Positions 9,675-19,175 of a stretch of 64,000 nucleotides of DNA are shown here, piece after piece. The position numbers were made by a program, and so were the translations under genes. The notes under the pieces are model-generated. The model did not search any database, had not been told where the DNA came from, and worked only from the letters and a program-made list of their open reading frames with translations. Source of the stretch: Candidatus Scatovicinus merdipullorum (GTDB lineage Bacteria > Bacillota > Clostridia > Oscillospirales > Acutalibacteraceae); the NCBI GenBank assembly GCA_018712865.1, contig DVGH01000034.1, forward strand, positions 48,941-112,940. The letters run 5' to 3'. The number at the start of each line of letters is the position of its first letter. The first letter of the stretch is position 1.

Positions 9675-9770
9675 TTGAACTTCCTCCTAATCAACATCTG
9701 ATTGCTTCATCCAACTAAAAAAGCCTGATGTTTTAAATCTATAATCCAATCGACTATACGCCTATTTAAT

Positions 9771-9799
9771 AATGTATCACAAGCGCTGAAAAATTTCAA
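9771..9799 (-). promoter_or_regulatory. Sigma-A-type promoter upstream of ftsZ
   Basis: Minus strand TTGAAA-17 bp-TGaTACATT, about 95 nt upstream of the ftsZ ATG. Confidence 0.5.
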
Positions 9800-9877
9800 T
9801 AAGTTCTTGCAGAAAAATTTAAAAATTCGGCAAATATTCTCGATTTCAACGCCTTTTACCCAAGTACCCCGAAAAGA

Positions 9878-11338
9878 TCAGGCATATACCCCATCATCAT
9901 ACCCGTCTGTCCCGTCGGCATAACCATCGTAATAGTAGCCGTCGTCATAATAATAACCATCGTCAGCATAGCTGTCGTCAGAATAACCGTCATCGTAATA
10001 GCTTTCGTCAGTATAGCCGTCGGTATATCCATCGCCGCTGTCCTGCCAGGTATAATCTGTCACAGGCTCGGTGGCGGCGGTTGTGGGCTCGGTAGAAGGC
10101 TCGGTGGCATACAGCGTATTGTCCGGGTTGTAATATGATGCCTTTTTGCTGCCATTGCAGGCCGAAACATCTAAAACGCCCATATCGGTCTGGGCAAGCT
10201 TCTGGTCAATAATCGTCTGCGCCGTGCGGATTTTATAATCAATATCCTCTGGCATTCCCAGAACAATCTGGATCCTGTCTGCATAATTTAACTTAATATT
10301 GGCCGTGTTCGAAACATCAATTTCCCGTATGCCGTTAAATTCATTTTTTTGTAAGGCCTTGGTGATCTCGTTTAAGATCGGCATAATATTCTTATTCTTC
10401 ACCTGGGCCGTGTTTCCCACCTCGGCCTTCTCCAGCGTACAGCCTTCGATCACCGGCGCGTCATATGTATTTTTACTGATTCGCTCCAGCACTCTCCCCT
10501 CAGAGGAAATCACCACAAATTCTTCCCCTTCCGCAATCACATACGCCGGTTGCGCCTCTGTAATATGTATGACCATCGTATCGGGGATTCGTATGTCAAT
10601 TTTCGCCTCTTCCACATACGGGAGCGTCTGCTTGATCTTCTCTTCCCCTGCTTTTTTATCACTTAAAAACAGATTTTCCCCCAGCGTCAGACCGCTTGCA
10701 TCAATAATCTCCTGGTTGCTGTAATGCGCAGATCCTTCCACCTCAAACTGTTCTGATTTAAAAAATACCGTCAGTGAAAGCACAACGCCTACGATCAGGA
10801 TCACCAGCAGGATCGCGCCGCAAACGGCAAAGTTAATCACCTTTCTGGTTTTTCTGGAAAATGGCTCTCTGCTGAGCTCCTCCTGGATCCTTGCCTCTTC
10901 CTCGGCCTGCATGGCGGCATTTTGCTTCATAGCGACTTCATCTGTGTAAAAGCCGTCGCCGTAATCGTCCCGCCGGACAATCGGCTCCTCTGTATACGTC
11001 TTTCTTGCAGGGCCGCTCTTGGCTCTTCTTGCCGCGTCACCTACCTTCTTACCGCCGCGTTGGGGCATACGCGTTGATTTTGCCTCGGCCTTTTGCACCG
11101 TTTTTATAGCGGGGCTGCGCTTTGTCTGTTGTCTTTTTTGTTTTTCCTCAGAAAAGGGCCGCCCTGCACTTTTTTCCGGGGCAGTCCGCTTATTGCCCGG
11201 GGCTGCGGCAGGCCTTCTTCCGCCTGTCGGCCTTTTTGCATTGCGCATCTTCTGGCTGCCATTTTGCATGCCCGGCCTTTGTTCAGACATCCGCTTGTTT
11301 TGCTGATTTTGATTGCTGCCTTTGTTCTTGTTTTCCAT
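9878..11338 (-). CDS. ftsQ: FtsQ/DivIB-type cell division protein with long basic N-terminal tail and Asp/Tyr-rich C-terminal tail
   Basis: Single TM segment (INFAVCGAILLVILIVGVVLSLTVFF), then a POTRA-like FEVEGSAHYSNQEIIDASGL... and an FtsQ-like beta domain. It sits between murA and ftsZ in the dcw cluster. Confidence 0.7.
   Translation of the reverse strand: MENKNKGSNQNQQNKRMSEQRPGMQNGSQKMRNAKRPTGGRRPAAAPGNKRTAPEKSAGRPFSEEKQKRQQTKRSPAIKTVQKAEAKSTRMPQRGGKKVGDAARRAKSGPARKTYTEEPIVRRDDYGDGFYTDEVAMKQNAAMQAEEEARIQEELSREPFSRKTRKVINFAVCGAILLVILIVGVVLSLTVFFKSEQFEVEGSAHYSNQEIIDASGLTLGENLFLSDKKAGEEKIKQTLPYVEEAKIDIRIPDTMVIHITEAQPAYVIAEGEEFVVISSEGRVLERISKNTYDAPVIEGCTLEKAEVGNTAQVKNKNIMPILNEITKALQKNEFNGIREIDVSNTANIKLNYADRIQIVLGMPEDIDYKIRTAQTIIDQKLAQTDMGVLDVSACNGSKKASYYNPDNTLYATEPSTEPTTAATEPVTDYTWQDSGDGYTDGYTDESYYDDGYSDDSYADDGYYYDDGYYYDGYADGTDGYDDGVYA
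9881..10060 (-). repeat. Low-complexity coding repeat (D/Y/G-rich C-terminal tail of FtsQ-like protein)
   Basis: The last 60 aa (TDYTWQDSGDGYTDGYTDESYYDDGYSDDSYADDGYYYDDGYYYDGYADGTDGYDDGVYA) contain 18 D, 16 Y and 10 G by my count. Confidence 0.9.
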
Positions 11339-11393
11339 CTTTTCTACATCCTTACAGATTGAAGTCCATATCTTTCTCCGGCCGTTTTCCGTT

Positions 11394-12647
11394 TTATACC
11401 TTTTTGACCGTCGCTCCTACGCTGGATAAATAGAGCTCTATATCCTCATAGCCGCGTTCCAAAAATTTTACGCCCTTAAGCTCGGTTGTTCCTTCCGCCG
11501 CAAGCGCCGCTACAACCAGTGCGGCACTGCCGCGCAGGTCAAGTGCCTCCACAGAAGCACCGTAAAAATGCTTTACGCCCTCTACAACGGCAACTCTGCC
11601 TTCCACCTTAATATTTGCACCAAGACGCAACAGCTCCCCTACATGTTTATAACGGCTTTCAAAAATATTTTCCACAAACACGCTCGTTCCGTTTGCAAGG
11701 GCCGTCATCGCCATAATGGGCGCCTGCGCGTCTGTAGGAAAACCGGGGTACGGCATCGTCCTTATAAATTTTACTGCCTTAAGCCGTTGCGGTGCAAAAA
11801 TATGCAGTGTATTCCCGCTGATACGGATCGTACAGCCGGCTTCTTCAAAAACGGAAATAATGGAACCCAAATGCGCAGGAACAACATGCTTCAGTTCCAG
11901 GCTGCCGCCGGTCACCGCCGCCGCAGCCATATAGGTTGCGGTCACAATTCTGTCCGGAATAATCGTGTGCTGCGTCCCTGTAAGTCGTTCTACGCCGTCA
12001 ATAAAAATAGTTCCCTCGCCTGCGCCGGAAATTTTTGCGCCGCAGCCGTTTAAAAAGTCTGCAAGGTCGCAAATCTCCGGCTCTCTTGCCGCATTTGTAA
12101 TGATCGTCGTTCCCTTGGCAAGCACAGCCGAAAGCATAATATTTTCAGTAGCACCCACGCTTGGAAAGGACAACGTAATCTTTGCGCCGTGTAAGCCATT
12201 GGGAACGCTGCAATCTAAAATCCCGTGATGTTCTGTAATTTCCAGCCCCATCAGACGCAGCGCCTTTAAGTGCAAATCGATCGGACGCGGGCCCAGCTCG
12301 CATCCTCCCGGAAAAGACAGCCTTGCTCTTCCCATGGTGGCAATAATTGCACCTAAAAAGACAATGGAGGAGCGCATCTCCCGCATTAACGCATCCGGTA
12401 TATCATACCGGCACACGCTGTGTGTATCCACAGTCAGGGTGCTGCCGCTGCGGCTGACATTGCAGCCCAGATAACGCAAAATTTTGATAGAAGTTTCCAC
12501 ATCGGAAAGGCGCGGGCAGTTATGTAGCACACAGCGGTCGCCTGAAAGCAGTGTTGCCGCCAGAACAGGGAGCGCGCTATTTTTAGCCCCCTGTACAGAA
12601 ATACTGCCGTTTAGTCTGTTGCATCCCTCTATCATAAGCTTCGACAC
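11394..12647 (-). CDS. murA: UDP-N-acetylglucosamine 1-carboxyvinyltransferase (copy 1)
   Basis: KLMIEGCNRLNGSISVQGAKNSALPVL, active-site Cys in FPGGCELGPRPIDLH. Start set at GTG 12647 behind GGAAAGGG; this start is uncertain, and the track start is 12668. Confidence 0.9.
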   Translation of the reverse strand: MSKLMIEGCNRLNGSISVQGAKNSALPVLAATLLSGDRCVLHNCPRLSDVETSIKILRYLGCNVSRSGSTLTVDTHSVCRYDIPDALMREMRSSIVFLGAIIATMGRARLSFPGGCELGPRPIDLHLKALRLMGLEITEHHGILDCSVPNGLHGAKITLSFPSVGATENIMLSAVLAKGTTIITNAAREPEICDLADFLNGCGAKISGAGEGTIFIDGVERLTGTQHTIIPDRIVTATYMAAAAVTGGSLELKHVVPAHLGSIISVFEEAGCTIRISGNTLHIFAPQRLKAVKFIRTMPYPGFPTDAQAPIMAMTALANGTSVFVENIFESRYKHVGELLRLGANIKVEGRVAVVEGVKHFYGASVEALDLRGSAALVVAALAAEGTTELKGVKFLERGYEDIELYLSSVGATVKKV

Positions 12648-12777
12648 ACAGAACACCCTTTCCAACAAAAGCTTTAGGGCTGAAAATCAACCCTTGATAT
12701 CTTATGTTTTAAGGCTGTCTGTTGTTACACAGCTACAAACACCAAACCGTTTCTATACAGCCGGCACAGTCCGTCGG

Positions 12778-13905
12778 TTAAACAGCTGCTGTGCCAAGCA
12801 CCTTTTTAATAACCGAATAAATCCTTTCGTTTGCATCTGTAATTGCAAGTCTTTTGGCATTTTCGCTGTATTTTCTAAGCTTTTCCGGATCGCTTACCAT
12901 ATCGTCCACCGCCTGCATAACCGCTTCCTGGGTCAGCTCCTCTTCTTTTAAAACGCGAGCTGCCTGTCGGTTGGCCATTGCCATAGCGTTGTGATACTGG
13001 TGGTTTTCCGCCACATTGGGCGAAGGGATCAAAATAGCGGGCTTTCCCTGCGCCTGCAGCTCGCTTAACGTAATCGCCCCCGCCCTGCATATAACAAGGT
13101 CTGCCGCCGCAAGGCACACGGGCATATCATCAATATATTCCCTTATATCTAAATTTTCACAGCCGTCCGGGTCTGCCCCCATCTTTCGCAAAAGATCGGG
13201 GAACCACTTCCCGTATTGGCCGTAAGCGTGTATAATTTGGTATTTGCCGTCCTTTGCGCTGCGCGCTATCATTCCTGCGACATTCTCGTTGATCTTCCGG
13301 GCGCCCAGGCTTCCGCCAAATGACAAAACCACAGGGCGGCTATCCAGCCCCAGCTTCTTTCTGCACGCCGTTTTGTCCGCCGTTAAAATTTCCTGCCTTA
13401 CAGGGTTGCCCGTCGTAACGCAGCGGCATCCGTCGCTTAAATATTGTTTTGCCTCCGGCATTGCAAGCATAACGCGCTTTACATACCGGGAAAGCATTTT
13501 TGTAGTAACGCCCGGAAAGGCGTTTTGTTCATGGATCACAGTCGGGATAGAAAGCTTTGCCGCCGCCCGGATCACCGGGCCGCTTACATAGCCGCCCGTC
13601 CCCATACAAATATCCGGTTTAAAATCCCGGATAATCCTTTTAGACACAGTGCCTGCCTGCAACGCCTTTTTTACTGTAATGATATTATCCTTTACGGCGC
13701 TGGGGGAAAAGCTCCGCTTAAATCCAGACACAGAAATCCCTTCAAAAGCAAAACCGGCCTGCGGCACCAAGCGCTCCTCCATGCCTCCTTTTGCTCCTAC
13801 ATATAAAATTTGCACGTCCGGCTCTTTTTTCCTTATATAGCCGGCTACCGCGAGCGCAGGGTTAATATGGCCCGCCGTGCCGCCGCCTGCAAATAAAATT
13901 CTCAT
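12778..13905 (-). CDS. murG: Undecaprenyldiphospho-muramoylpentapeptide beta-N-acetylglucosaminyltransferase
   Basis: MRILFAGGGTAGHINPAL..., C-terminal GAITLSEL and PSPNVAENHQ. Start at ATG 13905 behind AAGGAGGGTG. Confidence 0.92.
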   Translation of the reverse strand: MRILFAGGGTAGHINPALAVAGYIRKKEPDVQILYVGAKGGMEERLVPQAGFAFEGISVSGFKRSFSPSAVKDNIITVKKALQAGTVSKRIIRDFKPDICMGTGGYVSGPVIRAAAKLSIPTVIHEQNAFPGVTTKMLSRYVKRVMLAMPEAKQYLSDGCRCVTTGNPVRQEILTADKTACRKKLGLDSRPVVLSFGGSLGARKINENVAGMIARSAKDGKYQIIHAYGQYGKWFPDLLRKMGADPDGCENLDIREYIDDMPVCLAAADLVICRAGAITLSELQAQGKPAILIPSPNVAENHQYHNAMAMANRQAARVLKEEELTQEAVMQAVDDMVSDPEKLRKYSENAKRLAITDANERIYSVIKKVLGTAAV

Positions 13906-13942
13906 AGAAGCACCCTCCTTTGTCACACAGCCTGTCAAAGGC

Positions 13943-15211
13943 TTATGCTTTATTAATATTGGATGTCCTTGAAATCGAAAGCACAATCCCCATCTGCGCC
14001 AACAGCATGACAAGCGAGCTTCCGCCTGAGCTGAAAAACGGCAGGCTGATCCCGGTGTTTGGAAGCAAATCGGTAATAACCAGAATATTCAAAATTACCT
14101 GCAGCCCAATTTGTGCGGTCAGGCCCACACCCAAAAGTGTACCGAACTTATCTTTCGCACGCATCGATATGGTAATCCCGCGCCATACAAGCAGTCCAAA
14201 AATTGCAAGAATAATCACCGCGCCGATCAACCCCAGCTCTTCACAGACAATCGCAAAGATAAAGTCGTTTTGCGGTTCCGGCAGGTACAGATACTTTTGC
14301 CTGGATTGCCCTAACCCCAGACCCATCAGCCCGCCTGAGCCAATCGCATACATCGAATTCCTGGTCTGCCATGTGGTCTGCCACATTTCAGGCGTTGTGT
14401 ATTCCAGCGCCTGTCCCCAGCCTTCCATACGCTCCATCGCATAAGAAAGCAGCCCGGTGGCCGACATGATAAGAAAAATAACCAGTATGCCGGCACCCGC
14501 AAACAAAAACCACTTTCCCTTCACGCCCGATATATACATCATCAGCGCCGTTAAAAGCGTTACAATAACAATACCGGAATAATGCGGCTCCAACAGCAAC
14601 AGCACCACCGTAGGAACAAGGATTACAATTGCCGGTAGAACACCGTATTTAAATGTTTCCATCTTATAAAAATACACAGAGCCCCAATGGGCAAAAAACA
14701 AAATCAACGCAAACTTCATCAGCTCAGACGCCTGAAAACTTGCTATGCCCAGGTCAATCCATCGGTGCACACCCGTTTCAGACGGGATAAACAGCACAAC
14801 AACCAAAAGTAAAAACGCAAGGGCCAAAACCCATACCGCCAGCTTATGGAAGTGATGATAATCAAAAAAAGAAATAGCAAGCATTGCAGCAACGCCAATC
14901 ACTGCAAAAATTACCTGTCTTTTTAAATACAGGTAACTATCTCCGTTGGTAAAATAAGCAACCGGATAGCTTGCGGAAAACATCATAATAATCCCAATAA
15001 CAAGCAAAATCAAGATTAAAAGTAAAAAAGGCATATCCAATCCGGCGCGTACCGAAAACAGCTTGAGCTTTTTCCGTATACCGCGGCGTTTTGTATCCGC
15101 CGTTTTTTCGTGCGCAGCTACAGAGGCATAGTAGCCGCGCCTTCTATTATATGCTTCCTGTGCTTTCCGTTTAAGCTCCGCCTCGTATCTTAGGGGATAT
15201 TTTCTATCCAT
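13943..15211 (-). CDS. ftsW: SEDS-family peptidoglycan glycosyltransferase FtsW/SpoVE
   Basis: About 10 TM segments with motifs QASELMKFALILF, LPEPQNDFIFA and LPFFSSGGSS. It lies between mraY and murG. Confidence 0.88.
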   Translation of the reverse strand: MDRKYPLRYEAELKRKAQEAYNRRRGYYASVAAHEKTADTKRRGIRKKLKLFSVRAGLDMPFLLLILILLVIGIIMMFSASYPVAYFTNGDSYLYLKRQVIFAVIGVAAMLAISFFDYHHFHKLAVWVLALAFLLLVVVLFIPSETGVHRWIDLGIASFQASELMKFALILFFAHWGSVYFYKMETFKYGVLPAIVILVPTVVLLLLEPHYSGIVIVTLLTALMMYISGVKGKWFLFAGAGILVIFLIMSATGLLSYAMERMEGWGQALEYTTPEMWQTTWQTRNSMYAIGSGGLMGLGLGQSRQKYLYLPEPQNDFIFAIVCEELGLIGAVIILAIFGLLVWRGITISMRAKDKFGTLLGVGLTAQIGLQVILNILVITDLLPNTGISLPFFSSGGSSLVMLLAQMGIVLSISRTSNINKA

Positions 15212-15258
15212 CTTTCCACCACCATACAGTCATACATAAAACGCGCGCCAGCCCTATT

Positions 15259-16278
15259 TTAAAAGCCCGTCATTACCAACGCAAGTGCCAACACGCCGCA
15301 TAACGCCGTCGCCAGGCTGAACACAACTACAATTTTCACTTCCGACCATCCACACATTTCAAAATGGTGGTGGATCGGGCTCATTTTAAACAGCCTTTTT
15401 CCTTTTGTCGCTTTAAAATACACAACCTGCAAAACGACCGAAAGCATCTCAAGCAAATATACAAGCGCAATGGGGATTAAGATAATCGGCATATTCATTC
15501 CAAACGCCAACGCGCATAAAAAACCTCCAAGATACAAGGAACCCGTATCGCCCATAAAAACCTTTGCCGGATGAAAATTCCAGATCAAAAAGCCAAGGCA
15601 TCCGCCCGCCAGAGCCGCAGACATAATCCCAATCCCCTGCGAAACCAAGGTAGAGGCAATTAGCATAAAAGCAAGCGCGGCAAAAAAGGTCATAGATCCT
15701 ACCAGCCCGTCTATCCCGTCTGAAAGGTTAACGGCGTTTACAACGCCCACAATCAGCACCGCAGACAATATCCAGTAAAGCCATCCCAGATCCACCGGCC
15801 CAACAAAGGGGATCAGTGTTTCAGAAGTAACGCCTGTTAAAGACAACGTAAACAAATACGCAGCCGCAACGCCAAACTGCAAAATCAGCTTTTGCTTTGC
15901 CGTAAGGCCCAAATTCCGCTTCTTCACAACCTTGATATAATCGTCAAAAAAGCCAATTGCGCCAAATGCCGCCGCCATGGCAAGGCCCGCAAACACCTTG
16001 TTAAAAGAAAGCGTCACCTGTGTAAATACGGGATCCTCTCCCGAAGCAAACGCGCTGCAAAGCAAAACACCGGCAACAGACGTCACAATGGTACTGGCCA
16101 CAAACATCAAACCGCCCATGGTCGGTGTACCCTGCTTTCCTTTATGCCATTTTGGCCCAATATCTAAAATCGTCTGACCATATTTCAGCTTTTGTAAAAA
16201 AGGTACAAGCCATTTTCCTAAAATTGCGGCAATCGCAAACGAAACTACCGCACTTCCCAGTATCCAACCAACGTTCAT
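15259..16278 (-). CDS. mraY: Phospho-N-acetylmuramoyl-pentapeptide transferase
   Basis: Motifs KxGTPTMGG, NLSDGIDGL, FMGDTGSL and PIHHHFE. Start at ATG 16278 behind GGAGG. Confidence 0.95.
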   Translation of the reverse strand: MNVGWILGSAVVSFAIAAILGKWLVPFLQKLKYGQTILDIGPKWHKGKQGTPTMGGLMFVASTIVTSVAGVLLCSAFASGEDPVFTQVTLSFNKVFAGLAMAAAFGAIGFFDDYIKVVKKRNLGLTAKQKLILQFGVAAAYLFTLSLTGVTSETLIPFVGPVDLGWLYWILSAVLIVGVVNAVNLSDGIDGLVGSMTFFAALAFMLIASTLVSQGIGIMSAALAGGCLGFLIWNFHPAKVFMGDTGSLYLGGFLCALAFGMNMPIILIPIALVYLLEMLSVVLQVVYFKATKGKRLFKMSPIHHHFEMCGWSEVKIVVVFSLATALCGVLALALVMTGF

Positions 16279-16309
16279 AGAAAAACCTCCATCATTTTCA
16301 ACCTCAAAA

Positions 16310-16897
16310 TTATGCAAAGGCCGCCAAACTTTCAAGGGTGCTCAGCCCGTTTGCTATCTCTTTTAGCGCAATATCCGAAGCAAGCAGCGCGCCTGCAAGT
16401 GCAAGCGCATTTTCAACTGAAAGGCCGCAACCCTCTTTTAGCTTAATCCTGCCAATCAGTCCCGTGCCTACAAGCTCAAAATTTATATGCTCCGCCGTTT
16501 GCGTTATATTCTTTGCAACAAGGTCCGCTCGGTCGTCATTGTGGGAATATTCTACAATTTTCTCTTTTTCCTTTTCTTCCAGCCGCTGTTTTCTCATCTC
16601 GTCATAGGGAAGGACCAGCGTAGTACATGTCTGCAGCCACTGCTGCTCATATGGGCAGGCGCTTTCATCTGTAAACAACACCGTATTGACCGCACGCTGT
16701 CCCGCCGCAAAGGTAATACTTCCAACGCAGTAGGGGTGCTCCGTATAAACAGCCATACTTTTTGCCGTTACACTCTTTCCTGCCTCTGCAAGCACATGCT
16801 CCAACGCTTTTAAGGAATGTTCCACCAATGGCTGCCTTCCCACCGCCGTTATCTGTCCGTACGGGGGCGTGCCGCCGCTTGATTTTTTGCTCTTCAT
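16310..16897 (-). CDS. Mur-ligase-like remnant (central-domain-like, no P-loop, no C-terminal domain) in the murF position
   Basis: 195 aa, tightly packed between spoVD and mraY. ...ADLVAKNITQTAEHINFELVGTGLIGRIKLKEGCGLSVENALALAGALLASDIALKEIANGLSTL mirrors the MurF segment ...FTATNI...F.L......V.LPLPGRHNIANALAAAALS...L..I..GL..L. The expected GxxGKT is replaced by AVGRQPL. Confidence 0.5.
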   Translation of the reverse strand: MKSKKSSGGTPPYGQITAVGRQPLVEHSLKALEHVLAEAGKSVTAKSMAVYTEHPYCVGSITFAAGQRAVNTVLFTDESACPYEQQWLQTCTTLVLPYDEMRKQRLEEKEKEKIVEYSHNDDRADLVAKNITQTAEHINFELVGTGLIGRIKLKEGCGLSVENALALAGALLASDIALKEIANGLSTLESLAAFA

Positions 16898-16925
16898 CGC
16901 TTTCCCTGCCTTTATTTATCTAAAA

Positions 16926-19175
16926 TTAAAAGATCGGTTCTCCATAGCTGCTGTCCTGCACAAACGTCACAATAACCACCGTGCCCTGGCTTACCATGGT
17001 TCCCTGCGCAATGCTTTGCGATTGGGAAATCCCCTCGCCTGCGGCGCTTGCGCCCGCAATGCTGATATTTAAATTATACTGTGACGCTATACTGTTTACA
17101 TCTGATATGGAAAGCCCTGTAAGATCGGGAACCTCTACCATATCCTCATCTACGCCGGCTGCATCTGTATAAAGCACAACCGTACCGCCCTGCGGAATTC
17201 TGGACTCCGCCGCAGGAATCTGTGCAGCAACGGTCGTTCCTTCACCCTTTACAATAGAAACAAATCCGTCTTCCTCGGCCGCAGCCTGCGCCTGCTCCAC
17301 ACTCTCGCCCACGTAATTGCCCGCCGTTGTATCCAGCATCGACAGCTCTTCTTCGTTATACTGTGTTTCAACCTCTAAATATGGCAGCACCTCCGCCATA
17401 ATTTCCGCAAACACGGGTGCTGCAACCTGGCTTCCGTAATACTGTCCGCCAGTGGGGGTGTCAAAGTATACAAGCAGCGCCACCTGCGGATCATCCGCCG
17501 GGGCAAAACCGCAGAAAGATGCAATATAGTCCTCTATTCCATCGTCATTAGAATCGGTCAGCTTTTCAGACGTTCCCGTTTTTCCGGCAATCCTGTACCC
17601 CTGTACATAACCGTTTGTCGCCGCACCGCTAATCGCGTTTTCCTCCAGTATGGCGCACAGCTCCTTAGACACCTCTTCCGAAATGACCTGCCGTTTCACG
17701 GTTGTATCTGTCGACTCTACCACGTTGCCGTCGCTGTCAAGAATCTGCCTGACCGTATAAGGCTGCAAAAGCTTCCCGCCGTTTGCAACTGCAGAAACAG
17801 CCGTCACCATCTGGATTGGCGTTACAGAAAAGTTTTGCCCAAACGATGCAACCGCCAGATCCATGGGCCCCATCGAGCCGTCCTCGTTAAAAAAGATATC
17901 TTCCGATTCGCCCGGCAGGTCGATCCCCGTTTTCTCAGAAAATCCAAACGCCTGGTAATATTCCCAAAATTTTGTCGCGCCAATTAAATTACCAATCTGC
18001 ATAAACGCCGGGTTGCAGGAATTACATAACGCTTCTTCAAAGGTCTGTGTGCCATGCCCTGCTGTATTATGGCAGCTGATGGACGATGCACCCTCAAACG
18101 GCACGTAAGATCCTGTGCAGTAAAAGCGCGACTCGTCGTTAATCAGATTTTCCTCCAGCGCCATGGAAGAAGTAATGATTTTCCATACCGATCCGGGATA
18201 ATAGGTGTCGCTGACCGCCTTGTTCCTCCATTGCTTGGAAAGCGCAGCGCTTTCCGCCGCAGCCTTTTCATCCTCCGGCAGCTGCGCAATCTCATCCTTT
18301 GCCGTCTGGTTGACTAAAGTAAACGGGTCGTTTAAGTCATACCCCTCTTCTACCGCCATTCCTAAAATAGCACCCGTATTGACCTCCATCATAATCGCCA
18401 CCGCGCGATTATATACCTTGTGCTCTTCTATACCTTTTTGCAAATACTTTTCCATAATATGCTGGATCGTCTCGTCAATCGTCAGCACCAGGCTGTTTCC
18501 ATCCTCTGCCTGTACCTTTTGTTCATAATCAAACGGCATCTCCGTCCCGTTTGCATTCTTCGCCGTTACCAGCCGGCCGGGTGTTCCCGTCAGGCTTTCA
18601 TCATACTGGTATTCTATGCCGGAAAGGCCCTGGTCGTCGCTGCCTGTAAACCCGATCAGAGAAGAAGCAAACGATCCATATGGATAGTACCGTTTATAGT
18701 CCTCAATCAGGTCGATTACACCGGTAATATCGTGTTCTTCGTCCAGCTCATCTACAAACTTCAGGATTTCGTCTCTGACGTCGCTTTCAATTTGCCGCTT
18801 CACTACCACATAATAAGACCTTTCCTTTGTTTTCTCAAAAATATCCGCCTGCTCTAAATCCAGTATCTCTGCTAAACCCTGGGAAACAATCGTGCGTTCT
18901 TCGTCAGATTCAAAATTGATCGGGGACAATACCACCTTCCAAACGGTAGCGCTTTGCGCAAGCACCTTTCCGTTGGTGTCATAAATGGTACCCCTCCTTG
19001 CACTGATCGTCGTATCGTTCAGCTGCTGCGCCACAGCCGCCTGTTGCAGCTCTTCCCCCTGCACAACGCTTAGCTGCGTAAGGCGTAATATTGCGCTGCC
19101 AAAACCAACCACAAGAATTAATACCAAAATAATTACAGACCTGTGAACCAGCTTTGTATTTGCGCCCTTTGACAT
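16926..19175 (-). CDS. spoVD: Class B penicillin-binding protein (SpoVD/FtsI type) with C-terminal PASTA domains
   Basis: Transpeptidase motifs PGSVWK (SxxK), SCHN (SxN-like) and KTGTS. N-terminal TM and dimerisation domain, two PASTA-like repeats at the C-terminus. Start at ATG 19175 behind GGAAGGGAG. Confidence 0.9.
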   Translation of the reverse strand: MSKGANTKLVHRSVIILVLILVVGFGSAILRLTQLSVVQGEELQQAAVAQQLNDTTISARRGTIYDTNGKVLAQSATVWKVVLSPINFESDEERTIVSQGLAEILDLEQADIFEKTKERSYYVVVKRQIESDVRDEILKFVDELDEEHDITGVIDLIEDYKRYYPYGSFASSLIGFTGSDDQGLSGIEYQYDESLTGTPGRLVTAKNANGTEMPFDYEQKVQAEDGNSLVLTIDETIQHIMEKYLQKGIEEHKVYNRAVAIMMEVNTGAILGMAVEEGYDLNDPFTLVNQTAKDEIAQLPEDEKAAAESAALSKQWRNKAVSDTYYPGSVWKIITSSMALEENLINDESRFYCTGSYVPFEGASSISCHNTAGHGTQTFEEALCNSCNPAFMQIGNLIGATKFWEYYQAFGFSEKTGIDLPGESEDIFFNEDGSMGPMDLAVASFGQNFSVTPIQMVTAVSAVANGGKLLQPYTVRQILDSDGNVVESTDTTVKRQVISEEVSKELCAILEENAISGAATNGYVQGYRIAGKTGTSEKLTDSNDDGIEDYIASFCGFAPADDPQVALLVYFDTPTGGQYYGSQVAAPVFAEIMAEVLPYLEVETQYNEEELSMLDTTAGNYVGESVEQAQAAAEEDGFVSIVKGEGTTVAAQIPAAESRIPQGGTVVLYTDAAGVDEDMVEVPDLTGLSISDVNSIASQYNLNISIAGASAAGEGISQSQSIAQGTMVSQGTVVIVTFVQDSSYGEPIF

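Noticed and set aside
9881-10060. DNA-level tandem repeat or microsatellite in the FtsQ tail
   Set aside because: The nucleotide repeats are short and imperfect (variations on GTCGTCATA/ATAGCC). The periodicity is at the amino-acid composition level, so this is better described as a low-complexity coding region.
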